Assembly: GCF_001194135.2 (NCBI RefSeq)
Contig: NC_068991.1
Coordinates: forward strand, 53,140,624-53,204,623
Source: Octopus bimaculoides
Taxonomy: Eukaryota
DNA length: 64,000 nucleotides
Direction: 5' to 3'
In this document: positions 1 through 12,010 of the stretch, piece by piece
Layout of the letters: each line of letters starts with the position of its first letter
Position numbering within the stretch: the first letter of the stretch is position 1
Notes under the pieces: generated by a model
Told to the model about the DNA's origin: nothing
What the model saw: the letters and a program-made list of their open reading frames with translations, nothing else
The model's database searches: none
Program-made: the position numbers and the translations under genes

Positions 1-1
1 C

Positions 2-110
2 GAAAGCAGCTGGTCATGCAAGGATAAAAATTTGTGCCCACTAAATGGAGCTTGCATGTCCGAGACCATCATTTATGAAGCCACCGTAGACTCTACAACC
101 ACTAAGAGTA
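2..110 (+). mobile_element. Penelope-like element fragment (Cys-rich linker plus start of GIY-YIG endonuclease)
   Basis: Frame 2 reads SCKDKNLCPLNGACMSETIIYEATV, matching the CxCx5CPLxGxC...IYxATV pattern of Penelope-like ORFs. Confidence 0.75.
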
Positions 111-809
111 GAGAAGGAAGTGTTGTCTTCTAGTCAGTTAGGCGAAAGCTGGATGAAAGTGGCAAGAAACGTGTGAGTGAACATATGCCTGCAGTTGGAG
201 AAAAGGAAAGAAAAAAAGGCTCCTACCTCAGTCACAGTACCCATGGTTTTTTTATTGGGTTTTTCCATGAGTAGCCCTCAAACGTCTCCTCCCTATAGAG
301 GAATACACACACACACACACGCATTCTTTGTTTTGTCTTGTACTGTCCTTAATGTTTTTCTGAATGTAAACTCTTTGTGGTTAGTAAAAAAATTATTATT
401 ATTATTATTTTTTTTTTGTTTTTTTTTTGACAAAATGCTTAATGGTGTTTTGTTCATCTTTACATTCTGAGTTCAAACTCCACTGTTGTCAACTTTCATC
501 CTTTTTAGTGGGAAGGGCAGGGAGTCAATAAAATAAAACACTGGAGTTGACATAGTCTAAAATTAGAAAAAAATTATTAAGGTGAATAACAGGAATATTT
601 TTGAGAAGCAGACAAAATGGTAAGCAGTATTTCGTTACATAATGAAGAGCTGGAGGTAAATTCACTGGATGAATTATAAACAATCATGTTATGGAAGTGT
701 AGCTCACTGCCACATTGCATCATGCTTATGTTACTCAGTTTTATGCCCATAGAATCAACATAACAAATCCATTATAAATCACATGATCATGTTTTCAACT
801 GGACTATTG

Positions 810-1080
810 GATGCTGTTATGCATCACTGGTCACAGTGCACTTATTTGCATCGTTTTATCTTATGAATGATGCCCCCTCCCACACACTGGTTAGGCAAGC
901 AAGTCCTGATCAGAAGGCTAGTCCATCACAGGATTACTCATTTACAGCTGAGTGGACTGGAGCAACGTGAAATGAAGTGTTTTGCTCAAGAACACAAGGG
1001 TTTGAATGTTCCGGGAATTGAACCCATGACCTAATGATTGTAAGTGCAAAACCCTAACCACTAGGTCACATGTCTTCACT
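810..1080 (-). mobile_element. tRNA-derived SINE family E
   Basis: Minus strand tRNA-like head (ctagtggttaggg...gggttcaattccc) plus central domain ttgagcaaaacacttcatttcacgttgctccagtccactcagctgtaaatg. Copies at about 33505-33760 and 38113-38370 (+). Confidence 0.7.
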
Positions 1081-1229
1081 TATTATAAATACTGACCATA
1101 TATGTCATTTGTTTTATTCTTTTATGTGTTTCAGCCTAAAGGTTTTGGCTGTGCTGTAACCATCATTAACTTTTTTCCACAAACACTCCCGTTATGATCT
1201 TCAGGAGGATTCTGAAGTTGCAGGGCACC

Positions 1230-1230
<1 letters not shown>

Positions 1231-1310
<80 letters not shown>
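1231..1310. repeat. Compound microsatellite (TCTG)n(TC)n
   Basis: Direct reading. Confidence 0.95.
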
Positions 1311-1313
<3 letters not shown>

Positions 1314-1513
1314 AACTTCATACATTATTTTTAGAATGTTTAACAATAGATTCACACTTTTGGACACTAGCCATGAAACAACTTGCCAATGGGCAACATG
1401 TAGTNNNNNNNNNNNNNNNNNNNNNNNNNNNNNNNNNNNNNNNNNNNNNNNNNNNNNNNNNNNNNNNNNNNNNNNNNNNNNNNNNNNNNNNNNNNNNNNN
1501 NNNNNNNNNNNNN

Positions 1514-1554
<41 letters not shown>

Positions 1555-2323
1555 TACATACACACATACACATAAAACGTGTGTGTATATATTATGCATA
1601 TAACTGTAAGTATATTTCTATATGTATATAAATATATACATATATAAATATATAAGCAGACACACACATACACTCATACATATATATACATTTCTGAACT
1701 CTATTGTGAGCTAAGAACTTCCAGACATTTACAAATAATGTTTAGAACTTTAGACTCAGTTCTTGTTATTCTCTTTAGTTATAAAGTCTGATCAAACATT
1801 GTAGAGTAAATGTTATTTTGCTGAGTTCTCCCCCTCTCTCTCTCTCTCTCTCTCTCTGCTAATTAACATAAACTAGTAAATGTGATATTGGTTTAATAAT
1901 TATTATCTTATTTGCTCAACTCTATAATCATGAACCATAATGCTAAAAATGTAGGGCTCGGTGCCAATGTCAAAAATCATTATAATTATCAAGGTTTATG
2001 ACTGGCAAAAACAGTGAATGTTAGTCAAGTACTGGTATTGGTGGTATTAACTAGACATCTGCTCTAGAATTGGTAGAGCATCAAGAAAATATTTCTTGTG
2101 CTATATTTCAACTCTTTACATTTCTGAGTTCAAATCCTACCAAAATCAACTCCATAGCTCCAGAATCAATGAAATAAAGTACCAGTCAAGTACAAAAGTT
2201 CATGGCTATTGGCTTAATTTTAGACATAAAACGACAACAAAACAAAGCTGTGTGAGAAGGGCAAGAAAGACCTACAAATGGTTTCTTTTGTTGAAGCTTC
2301 ATTTTAGCAAAGTTGTCAATTCA

Positions 2324-3092
2324 GCGTAGTTGTGTGTTAAGAAGCTTGCTTCCCCACCACATGGTTCTGGGTACAGTCCCACTGTGTCACACCTTGGGCA
2401 AATGTCTTCAACTATAGCCCCAGGCTGGACAAAGCCTTGTGAGTGGATTTGTTAGACAGAAACTGAAAGTAGCCCATTGCAGGTATGCATACATATCTAT
2501 GTGTGTGTGTGAATGTTTCTCCCCCATCACTGCTTGATAACTGGTGTTAGTGTGTTTTAGTGGAGGCTCAATGGCCCAGTGGTTAGGGTAGCGGACTCGT
2601 GGTTTCGATTCCCAGACCAGGCGTTGTGAGTGTGTATTGAGCGAAAACACCTAAAGCTCCACGAGGCTCCGGCAGGGGATGGTGGCGAATCCTGCTGTAC
2701 TGTTTCACCACAACTTTCTCTCACTCTTTCTTCCTGTTTCTGTTGTGCCTGTAATTCAAAGGGTCAGCCTTGTCACACTGTGTCATGCTGAATATACTCG
2801 AGAACTACGTTAAGGGTACACGTGTCTGTAGAGTGTTCAGCCACTTGCACGTTAATTTCACGAGCAGGCTGTTCCGTTGATCGGATCAACTGGAACCCTC
2901 GACGTCGTAAGCGATGGAGTGCCTACAACAGTGTGTTTGCATCCTTGTAACTTAGCAGTTCAGCAAAAGAGGCCAATAAAATAAGTACCAGGCTTTATAA
3001 AGTATGGGAGGCAATTCAGTTGACTAAAAATTCAAGGTGGTGCCCCAGCATGGCCACAGTCTAATGACTGGAACAAGCAAAAGTTAAAAGAT
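2324..3092 (+). mobile_element. tRNA-derived SINE family B (interrupted at 2562-2930)
   Basis: Head gtgtg..aagaagcttgcttcc..accacatggtt..gggt.cagtcccactg, central CA/TG microsatellite, tail aacaagcaaaagttaaaag. Confidence 0.75.
2562..2930 (+). mobile_element. tRNA-derived SINE family A, nested in a family B SINE
   Basis: A box TGGCCCAGTGG, B box GTTTCGATTCC, about 370 bp body shared with 15503 and 27823, (CAA)-like tail; apparent TSD agtgtgttt. Confidence 0.85.
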
Positions 3093-3437
3093 ACATTACA
3101 TTTTAATAACTCACCTCATTAGCCAAATCTCCTTTAATGGCAAGCAAATCTAACTCAGACAATCAACCCTTGCCTATTGTAGAACAAAGGTGGGACTTGA
3201 AGCGTCACAGGTGATTGAAGACAGTAAGGTCTGCATTAAGTATTAGTGAGGTCAAAAAACAGAATGTGGCACAATGTGAACAAGTTAGAAATAATGGATC
3301 ACATCCCATTAATGATGGATGAATTTAAATGGAAGAGGAAAATCCAGGAAGACATGGGATGAAGTGTTGAAGATGGTAATCTTCTATAAAATGGCTAATG
3401 TTAGGAAGGGCATCCAACCAGAGAAACCATGCCAGAA

Positions 3438-3546
3438 ATGATGATGATGATGATGATGACGATGATGATGATGATGATGATGACAATGATGATGATGATG
3501 ATGATTATTATGATGATGATGATGATGAAGGTGGTGGTGATGATGA
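3438..3546. repeat. (GAT)n trinucleotide tract, expanded tail of an RTE-type element
   Basis: Follows gaagggcatccaacc.gagaaaccatgcc, the family D / RTE 3' end. Confidence 0.85.
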
Positions 3547-3911
3547 CAACCAGTTTCTTAACTTTTGAAGTTGCCCTTATGAAAGTGCTGACTATTTCTT
3601 TGTAATGAATGAAACTCTCGCGTAGTTCCAGATATCAAGGCATATACTTGATATCATTGGGGATGATATATCAAGTAATAGGATTCGATCATGGATTTCT
3701 TTTTAGTGTCAAATATTCCTTTATCTTCTGAAACTTCATCATGGAATCTTTTGTTTTTACATTCTCTCTGCTTATGTTTTCTGTATTATCACATTCTTGA
3801 GCCAACTCAGTCACTTCATTTTCAATTCGTTTGAATTGAAACCTACTCATTTTGCATATTTTTCATATCTTTTCCAAAAAAACGGAATCAAACAAGAAGC
3901 TGCTTTCACAT

Positions 3912-4272
3912 ACTCTCTTTACTCTCTTTTACTTGTTTCAGTCATTTGACTGTGGCCATGCTGGAGCACCGCCTTTAGTCGAGCAAATCGACCCCTGGAC
4001 TTATTCTTTGTAAGCCTAGTACTTATTCTATCGGTCTCTTTTGCTGAACCGCTAAATGATGGGGACATAAGCACACCAGCATCGGTTGTCAAGCAATGCT
4101 AGGGGGACAAACACAGACACACACACACAGACACACACACGCACACACACACACACACACACATATACATATATACGATGGGCTTCTTTCAGTTTCCGTC
4201 TACCAAATCCACTCACAAGGCTTTGGTCGGCCCGAGGCTATAGTAGAAGACACTTGCCCAAGATGCCATGCA
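3912..4272 (-). mobile_element. SINE family B, truncated
   Basis: Reverse complement of family B body and tail. Confidence 0.75.
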
Positions 4273-4564
4273 TCTAGGTTACTTTTCTGTAAAAATGGAG
4301 ATAAATTGAAAGCCTTCATTAGCAGTTTATTCCAGAATATAAGAATAACTAAGAATTCATTAGTACTGTTTTCAGTTGATACTTTTACTCTAATGAGCTG
4401 CTTAAAAGTATCATTCTCTATCTCATCACCCCAAATTCTTTTTAGAACTACAATAGCTTTTGTTGCTGACTTTCTGGATATCCAACTAATATCACTAAGA
4501 TTCTTTAGAGTCAGTATAAAAGATTTGATCTGATTGCATTGTTCTTTTTTCAATATGAAAGATG

Positions 4565-4765
4565 AGGTAAGGCGGTGAGCTGGGAAAAATGCTTAATGGC
4601 ATTTTCTCCATCTTTACATTCTGAGTCTAAATTCTACCAAGGTCAATTTTGCCTTTCATCCTTTGAGGGTCGATAAAATAAGTACCAGTTAAGCACTGGG
4701 GTTGATGTAATCGACTTGCCTCCTCCCTTGAAATTGATGACCTTGTGCTAAAATTTGAAATCAAT
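4565..4765 (+). mobile_element. SINE family C
   Basis: Matches the 7561 body. Further copies at about 7015-7230 (+), 16090-16310 (-), 21940-22070 (-) and 52450-52645 (-). Confidence 0.7.
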
Positions 4766-4859
4766 ATAAAAGATGAGGTAAACTGGTAAAAAAACATGTG
4801 TAGACACTTTCTAAAGTTTCAAAAAACAACTTGATATGAATACGAGTGGATATTTAATA

Positions 4860-5200
4860 CTCTTTTACTCTTTTATTTGTTTCAGTCATTTGACTGTGGC
4901 CATGCTGGAGCACCGCCTTTAGTCGAGCAAATCAACCCCAGGACTTATTCTTTGTAAGCCTACTACTTATTCTATCGGTCTCTTAAACACACCACCATCG
5001 GTTGTCAGGCGATGTTGGGGGACAAACACAGACACACACATATATATATACATATATATGGGCTTCTTTCAGTTTCCGTCTACCAAATCCACTCACAAGG
5101 CTTTGGCCGGCACTTGCCCAAGGTACCACACAGTGGGACTGAACCCGGAACCATGTGGTTTGTTAGCAAGCTACTTACCACACAGCCACTCCTACACCTA
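4860..5200 (-). mobile_element. SINE family B
   Basis: Reverse complement of family B including the tRNA-like head (gggactgaacccggaaccatgtgg). Confidence 0.78.
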
Positions 5201-6449
5201 TACGCCTACATAAAATTTTAAAATAGCAGTTAGTAAAGAAAGCATTTAAAGCAACTTCCCTAATTTTTGTTTTGGGGCCAGATATTTCACCCAACATGGT
5301 GTATCTGCCATCATAAGGCTGACAAACTGTTACACACAGTTATTAACAGCTCTGCATTTTTAATTTCTGGAACAAGAATGTTGAATAAAATTTTTCAGCC
5401 TTTGCTCCAGTTAATCTGCTGAATTGTAGAAAAAAGTCATTTCACTGTATCACTGTGTGTTGTCACATTGCAGAGATAAAAAAACATTGATCAGTTCTGC
5501 TGATGTCAATAGTACAGTAACAATTAATGCAAAATACTTAACCAACTTGATTTCAACTCTTATCTTCTGGGAGTGACCAGAATGTTCTGGGCATTGTTTT
5601 GTCTATACCATCTTGGTTTTGGTCAGAAAGTCAGTACCATATGATCAAAGTGGAACTCATAGATACCATCCTGTCAGAGATAATTATAAGTTCCATTCTG
5701 GCCACTGAGTGCTTTTTCTTTAATAAACTATTTTGTTGCAAGATTGTTGGCAAACAATTTGGTAGGGTATTGGTCAACTAACCAGGTTGTTAATAGTTTA
5801 TAAGCTATCACATTTAAAAACTAAAGGACACCTAACTCAGTCATGTCTTAGTCAAAGCAACCTAGCTACATGTAGTCAAATTAGTGACAATACAATATAA
5901 TGTAACAAGCTGTCACTGTATTTACCAAAGCTCAGTGAGGTTTTCAAAAGGTCACATTGTATTTGGCTAATTTTTTCTTTCTGTGATTAGTAACAAATGT
6001 TTGGCATTCTTTTAGTGAATGATGGACAAAAAGAAAGATGGAAACACACAACTAATTATATATACTAGATATTTTATTGACTTTGAAGGTATAAATGATT
6101 AAGTTGACCTTCTAGTTGTATTTGAGATCAAAATCATTAGACATTAGACAGTAACTTTCTTATACTCCAAATTAAATGTCACTATTTCTGTATCCTCTTC
6201 CACCAATCTCTCACTTTTGATAATCATCTTTGTTAGATAATAATAATTAATTCATTCATTATTGAATAACAATTAATATAATTATCAGGAATCTTAATAT
6301 ATTTTTAGAAAATTTATGTTGTATTTCATTTTTGTATTTGGTTTGCAAGATTTTTTATGTAAATTCATGCATTGAAATAGGTTTTGTCGTTTATATCCGC
6401 TTAAATGTGGATTTTCTGTTAGAACAAACTTTGCTATAGTAGTTACCAC

Positions 6450-6540
6450 GAGAGAAACTCTCATATTGGCTTTTGGTGCAAAATGCACTCTTGACACAAG
6501 AGTGCATTTTGCACCAAAAGCCAATATGAGAGTTTCTCTC
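6450..6540. repeat. Perfect inverted repeat, 44 bp arms, 3 nt loop
   Basis: 6450-6493 is the exact reverse complement of 6497-6540; imperfect extension to about 6439/6551. Confidence 0.95.
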
Positions 6541-6665
6541 ATGGTATCTACAACAATACAGTTGGTACCACTAGAACATTTACATTTAAGTGGGGATAAA
6601 TATTAACACTGCCTCTGTTGTTAATATATATGGGTTTTGTTGTACCTTGGGAGGGTCATTAGGTA

Positions 6666-7000
6666 AATAATGAACACAAGCACTGATTCTGTTTCACTTC
6701 TTTTATTATTATTTGTCAATTAATCAACTATTTAATCAGTTAACTTATTGATTGTTTAGTTGATCAATCAGCTAAGTTTGTCAAAATCCTTTCATCACTA
6801 TTCACAACCTGAAGTAGAGCGGGCATGTCATTGATGAGGTCTCAAATAGTGACGAAAAAACTTTGATAAACCAAGATGATTGATTGATTGAGTGAATGAT
6901 TATTAAAACAACCAATTAGCTATTTTGTTAAATGGTTAACTAATTAATTAGCAAAAATAATAAAAGAAATGAAATTAAACCAGTGCGTGTGTTTATTGTT
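6666..7000. repeat. Degenerate fold-back element (about 330 bp)
   Basis: aataatgaacacaagcactg..tttcacttcttttattat is mirrored by ataataaaagaaatgaaa..ccagtgcgtgtgtttattgtt; inner arms ttcatcactatt / aatagtgacgaa. Confidence 0.6.
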
Positions 7001-7414
7001 ATGATAATGAAAAATAGCTAGCTGGCAGAATTGTTACCACATTGGACAAAATGCTGTTAAGCCTTTTGTCTATTTTTACGTTCTGAGTTCAAATGCCACT
7101 GGAATAGACTTTACCTGTCATCCTTTTGGGGACTGATAAAATAAGTACCAGTTGAGTACTGGGGTCGATGTCATTGATTTATCCTCTCCCCCGAAACTGC
7201 GGGCCTTGTACCAAAATTTGAAACCATTATTATGAAAATGTATTCCAAATGAACATGGATTAATCAGTTGCTAAAGAAACTGAAAGCATTTATTAGTAAA
7301 TATTTAATTATTATAATGAACAAATTAATAAACCTTTATCGGTAATCAAAGTAAGAATAGAAAACTGAATAAAAAGGTTGTGACATTGAGAAATGTCTAA
7401 AAATGTGAAAATAG

Positions 7415-8030
7415 CTGTGTGGTACGAAGTTTGCTTCCTAACCACATGGTTCCAGGTTCAGTCCTACTGTGTGGCACCTTGGGAAAGGGTTTTATACTAT
7501 AGCCTTGGGCCAACCAAAGCCTTGTAAGTGGATTTGGTAGACAGAAACTGTAAGAAGCCTTTCAAACGTTAGCACGATGGGTGAAATGCTTAGCAGTATT
7601 TCGTCTGCTGTTACGTTCTGAGTTCAAATTCCGCCGAGGCCGACTTTGCCTTTCATCCTTTCGGGGTCGATAAATTAAGTACCAGTTACGCACTGGGGTC
7701 GATGTAATCGACTTAATCCCTTTGCCTGTCCTTGTTTGTCCCCTCTATGTTTAGCCCCTTGTGGGTAATAAAGAAATAGGAAACTGTAAGAAGCCTGTCA
7801 TATGTATCAGTGTGTGTGTGTGTGTATCCCCTCACCACTGCTTGACAACCAGTGCTGGTGTGTTTACGTTTCCATAACTTAGCAGTTCAGCAATAGAGAC
7901 TAATAGTATAAATACCAGGCTTAAAAAAAAAAAATAAGTACTGGGTTGATTCATTTGACTAAAAATTCTTCAAGGTAGTGCCCCAGCATGGCCACAGTCT
8001 AGTGACTGAAACTAGAAAAAGATAAAGATA
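7415..8030 (+). mobile_element. SINE family B interrupted by a family C SINE
   Basis: Family B head at about 7415 and tail at about 8030; insert at 7561-7779. Confidence 0.78.
7561..7779 (+). mobile_element. SINE family C (young copy)
   Basis: Body acgttctgagttcaaattccgccgagg.cgactttgcctttcatcctttcggggtcgataaattaagtaccag; 17 bp TSD GAAACTGTAAGAAGCCT at 7544-7560 and 7780-7796. Confidence 0.85.
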
Positions 8031-8848
8031 AAAGTAATTTTTTTATAGTTCAGTCTGCTTGATTTTCTGACCTCCCACTTGATTGCTTGATCTGTTCAAT
8101 ATAGCTGTTATATCTAGTTATCTTTAAAATAGGAAGTATGTTTAAACTCTACTATTTCATGAGAGAATGGAAAATTTACTCAGGTGTACCTTTGCATAAA
8201 GAATGCATAATCAAATGTAGACTAATGTACTTAATGCAATGAGCTAAGAATAATTTCTAATCGATTAAAATTATACTGACAACGAAAGGTTATTATTGTC
8301 AACGATAATTATTTTGGGATGAACTCCAAAACTTAACTGGAGAAATGGAGAAGGAGTGAATCTAATGTTTCGTAAGTACTGTGACAACTGTGAACATACT
8401 TCAGTTTTGAGACAAACCTGAAGTTGTCACTAAATTCTGCCAAAGATTAGATTCGTTCACACTACATGTCTTCATTTATCTTATTTTATGTGAACCAGTT
8501 TAAACTTTGGAGCTCCCCACATTATTTTTTCTGAACAAAAATTGTCCCTAATACTGTCTTTTCTTTCTGGGTTCACTTGCAATACGTTAACCCACACAAT
8601 AACGATATGCTAGTCACAAATTATATAAATTAGTTACTATGAAACCCATTAGTTTCATATAAAAATGCTGTACGAAATAATTTATTTTGTAAATTTAGAC
8701 TATGGAGTATATATATTTAAGTTAGATACAACTTAACGAGATTTCTTTCTATGTGAGCAAACTTTTTATCATTTGTTGACAAAATCAATATCTGTCCATG
8801 CACTTTTTTAATAACAAATTCCCCTTGGTCCTATAAAACTTAACCAAG

Positions 8849-8943
8849 AAACTTCTATAATCATTGAATATAATGATCCAGGAGGCCAACGAACAAAAAT
8901 AGCAGATCCTTCTATTTGCAAACGTGTTTCTTATGATGTTATG
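8849..8943 (+). CDS. Candidate exon, unknown product (TSIIIEYNDPGGQRTKIADPSICKRVSYDVM)
   Basis: First AG after a pyrimidine tract, open frame, donor ATG|GTATGA. Linkage to other exons not established. Confidence 0.3.
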
Positions 8944-9524
8944 GTATGAAGTTATAGCTTGTAACTTGAAATAGACTAGTTGCAAAGACCAACTGTAATG
9001 AGAGAGAGAGAGATGTGTAGTTTGGGAGACACTTTGTCAGAATGTAGGATAGGAGTGAATTGGAAGTAAAGCAGATAACAAAGTGTGACGGTCTTCAGCT
9101 AATGATTGACTTCTTTAAGATACTAGCCTTGTGTTTAGTTAATTTACATATCAAATAACTAAATAATAAATAGTGTCTAGACGTAAGTACATTATAGAAT
9201 GTGTTCTAGAAAGCTAACACATGCCACGACTGTAGGAGTAGTAAGTATTTGATGTTATGGGATTTCAATAACCTTTCAACTCTTAATTTATCTACGCTCA
9301 GGTGGAAAACCTTGCATTTTGAAAAAATGATAATTCTATTTTTGAAATCTGTAGTTTCTTTATTTTTAAAGAAGATCAATTTTTGCGATGAAGTCGATTA
9401 TCCATTTTGCTCAAATAGTGGTCTAAGGGAAATAACTCTCGGAGTTATTTCCCTTAGAAATGGTTGAGAGTTTGTGTTCCTACATTTCTAGTTTTAAAGA
9501 CTGAGTTGAACCTGACTAACCCAG

Positions 9525-9575
9525 CAAAGCTTGGGATCCAGACATGTGTCGGATTAGTGGATTAACAATTGGCAA
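9525..9575 (+). CDS. Candidate exon, unknown product (KAWDPDMCRISGLTIG)
   Basis: Branch-like CTAAC then ccAG, donor CAA|GTAAGA; phase 2 to 2. Confidence 0.33.
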
Positions 9576-9668
9576 GTAAGACCTTTGTCAGCCACTTGCC
9601 AGCTTTCTGTTTAAAGCTATGTATAAGATTATTGAACACTTGCTGTCTGTAATCCTAGTCTTGTCCAG

Positions 9669-9876
9669 AATATCAAACCACTACTGGAAGCTGTTTTGTG
9701 ATGTGCAACCTAACAAATTCCCACCGTCAGTCATCATATCTCGAATGTCTTGCTTTTCTAAGTATTGGAAAACAAAAATGTCAACGTCTAGCCGACTTGT
9801 TACGGGTCCACAAAATTATTCACCATCAACGATTTGGGCCAACTCATTTAATACTATTTCTCTATTCGTGAAGATG
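9669..9876 (+). CDS. Candidate exon, unknown product (within ORF 9619-9885)
   Basis: Acceptor tcctagtcttgtccAG, 208 nt open, donor ATG|GTGAGA. Phase 2 in matches the preceding candidate. A second frame is also open, so the reading is ambiguous. Confidence 0.3.
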
Positions 9877-10234
9877 GTGAGATAGCAGAATTGTTGGTTA
9901 ATATTTACTTTATCCTGATTACCAAAACAAAAAGAAACTAGTTTAACAGCTATAAAAAAAATGTTAGAGAACGAATATGAAAACTAAAATATGAGTAAAC
10001 GAACAATGGTGGGGGTGGGGAGAGGACTTTCGGACTTTTCTCTCATAACTTTCCCTCTCAACACATGGCTATGATGTGCCACCACTGCTTCTGCTTGTGA
10101 TCAGAGATGCACATACTGTCAGCCACCAAAAGACATGCTCAACTGGTTAAGGTCAAGCAAATGAGAAGCAAAGCTGCAGTATTGAACAGAAGATTTGCTG
10201 TAGTCCATGTTTTACACTATAACAAAACATGTAA

Positions 10235-10340
10235 TATGTGTGTGTGTATGTATTTGTGCATATATATATATATAGATAGATATACACACACACACACACA
10301 TATATATATACATCTATATATGATGATATATATGTGTGTG

Positions 10341-10420
<80 letters not shown>

Positions 10421-10438
10421 TATACATACATACATACA
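10235..10438. repeat. Compound microsatellite (TA)/(CA)/(TATC)
   Basis: Direct reading; the source of several spurious ORFs. Confidence 0.95.
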
Positions 10439-10644
10439 AACAAACATATTCATCAGGAAACGTCAGTTTTCCATGCTGGTATGCATTGGATAGTTCGACA
10501 GAAGCTTGTAAGGCTGGAGGAGGGGGCTCACCAATCTCCATTGTCTTGTCTGACATGGTTTCTATGGCTGGATGCTTTTCCTACTGCTAACCATTTTACA
10601 AAGTGTACTGGGTGTTTTTTATGTAGCACCAGCACTGGTATCAA

Positions 10645-10895
10645 TTCTGGTGTGATGGATGAGTCCTTTGTCATCTCCCTTCTAAGGCTCAGTGCCTTGA
10701 GATTAGCCTTTAATACTTCATCCCATCCCTTCTTGACTCTCCATCTTCCACAAGTTCCATCCACTTTAACTGATTGGCATTTCTGTATGCAACAGTCTAC
10801 ATCCATCTGCATCGCATGACCAAACCAGCACCATCTTCTCTCTTGCACATTGCTTCTAATTTCTCTTAAGTCTACCTTTTCTCTCAATACACCAG
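10645..10895 (-). mobile_element. RTE-clade LINE 3' fragment
   Basis: ORF 10528-10902 reads LREKVDLREIRSNVQERRWCWFGHAMQMD...GTCGRWRVKKGWDEVLKANL, a typical RTE ORF C-terminus. Confidence 0.8.
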
Positions 10896-11399
10896 CGTTC
10901 ATGCTTATATATATATATATATATAATGTACAGTATCATAGATCCATTACAGCTGACCTTACTAATTGGTTTCACGCAGGTAATTGAGTATTTAACTGAT
11001 TCCTTAACACAATGCTTGTCAGAGTGACTTGTATAGGAAAAATGGTGATGGCTCTCTGCTACTGGAGGTCAGCAAGTGTCACATCTGATTTGTGGAAGCT
11101 GTAAAAACAATGGGAAGAACCTGTGGGAGACAAGCAGAAGGGTATTCCATCAAGAGTTATCTCCTTTGTTCACCTAAACTCTGAGTGGTAACTACCTGCA
11201 AAGTGTGGCTTGAGTGAAGGTAGTGTGGGATTGACATATGTATAGGGAAGTTTTGGAGGGAGATCAGGCAGGTGCCTAAACCTTAAACCTTGCTCTTGCA
11301 GTTTAGGTAGGTGTCCAGGTGAAGAGAGTACTTTGGTATAGTTCTTCTCTCACCCACGCATAGCCTGCACCTCCAGTTAAAGTAAGGTTTTCACTTCTT

Positions 11400-12010
11400 T
11401 TTTTGATGTAATCCATGGTGGCTTCCTTCAATGACCATACACACCTAGTAAGGGCTGTGACATTACAGCTCTCCTGAATATTAAAGGAAGACTTATGGTT
11501 GTTAAATCTAATTTTGAAAGAACCTTCTGTCATACCTGCAGACTTTGATATTACCTCTGTCTCACTTATGATGATCTCTGTGTTGTACTGGCTGTTAGAG
11601 AGACATGTGGTGCTGCCTCTGTCCCGTGTGTGGGGGCCTACCTACTAATACCTTCTTTACACTAAAAGAAACTCCCAAAGTGTATTTATTAAATATTTTA
11701 CAGTAAATATTCATACAAAGTTTTTACATTTAGAGAGAAGTGATATATGAACCCCAAAACCTTCTAGTGACATTTTCTCTTGCTGATGTTAGAATCAGGC
11801 ATGTAACTAATCCTATTCTTAAAACTGCCAGCAGCTAGGGCCTTGTTGTAATATGGGGTTGCAGTATCGAAAATCTCTTTACTTGAAGACAGGCTGAAGA
11901 TTTTTCTGCTGACCTCCTTCATCAGGTTTCTGAATACAGCTTTCTGTCATCCAGCCCACTATGGCTGGATGACAGGAAGTTGTATTAATGTATGTTATCA
12001 AATTGGATAT
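11400..12010 (-). mobile_element. Degenerate Penelope-like retroelement (RT thumb plus GIY-YIG)
   Basis: Minus frames read YINTTSCHPAIV / FRNLMKEVSRKIFSLSSSKEIFDTATPYYNKALAAGSFK, then CLSNSQYNTEI...GMTEGSFKIRFNNHKSSF...TALTRCVWSLKE. These are typical Penelope RT C-terminus and GIY-YIG motifs, with stops and frameshifts. Confidence 0.82.

Noticed and set aside
1131-1673. Long ORFs rich in YI/IY, TH, ER or X (also 4086-4533, 10107-10819, 22282, 35687, 36804, 37862, 58862, 63007)
   Set aside because: They are translations of TA/CA/TC microsatellites and N gaps, not proteins.
2562-2640. tRNA-like sequences with A and B boxes
   Set aside because: No complete cloverleaf or acceptor stem; they are SINE heads followed by shared bodies and TSDs.
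5240-6000. Coding-looking fragments on both strands (ORF 5599-5781)
   Set aside because: Multiple stops, no recognisable motif and no convincing splice pair.
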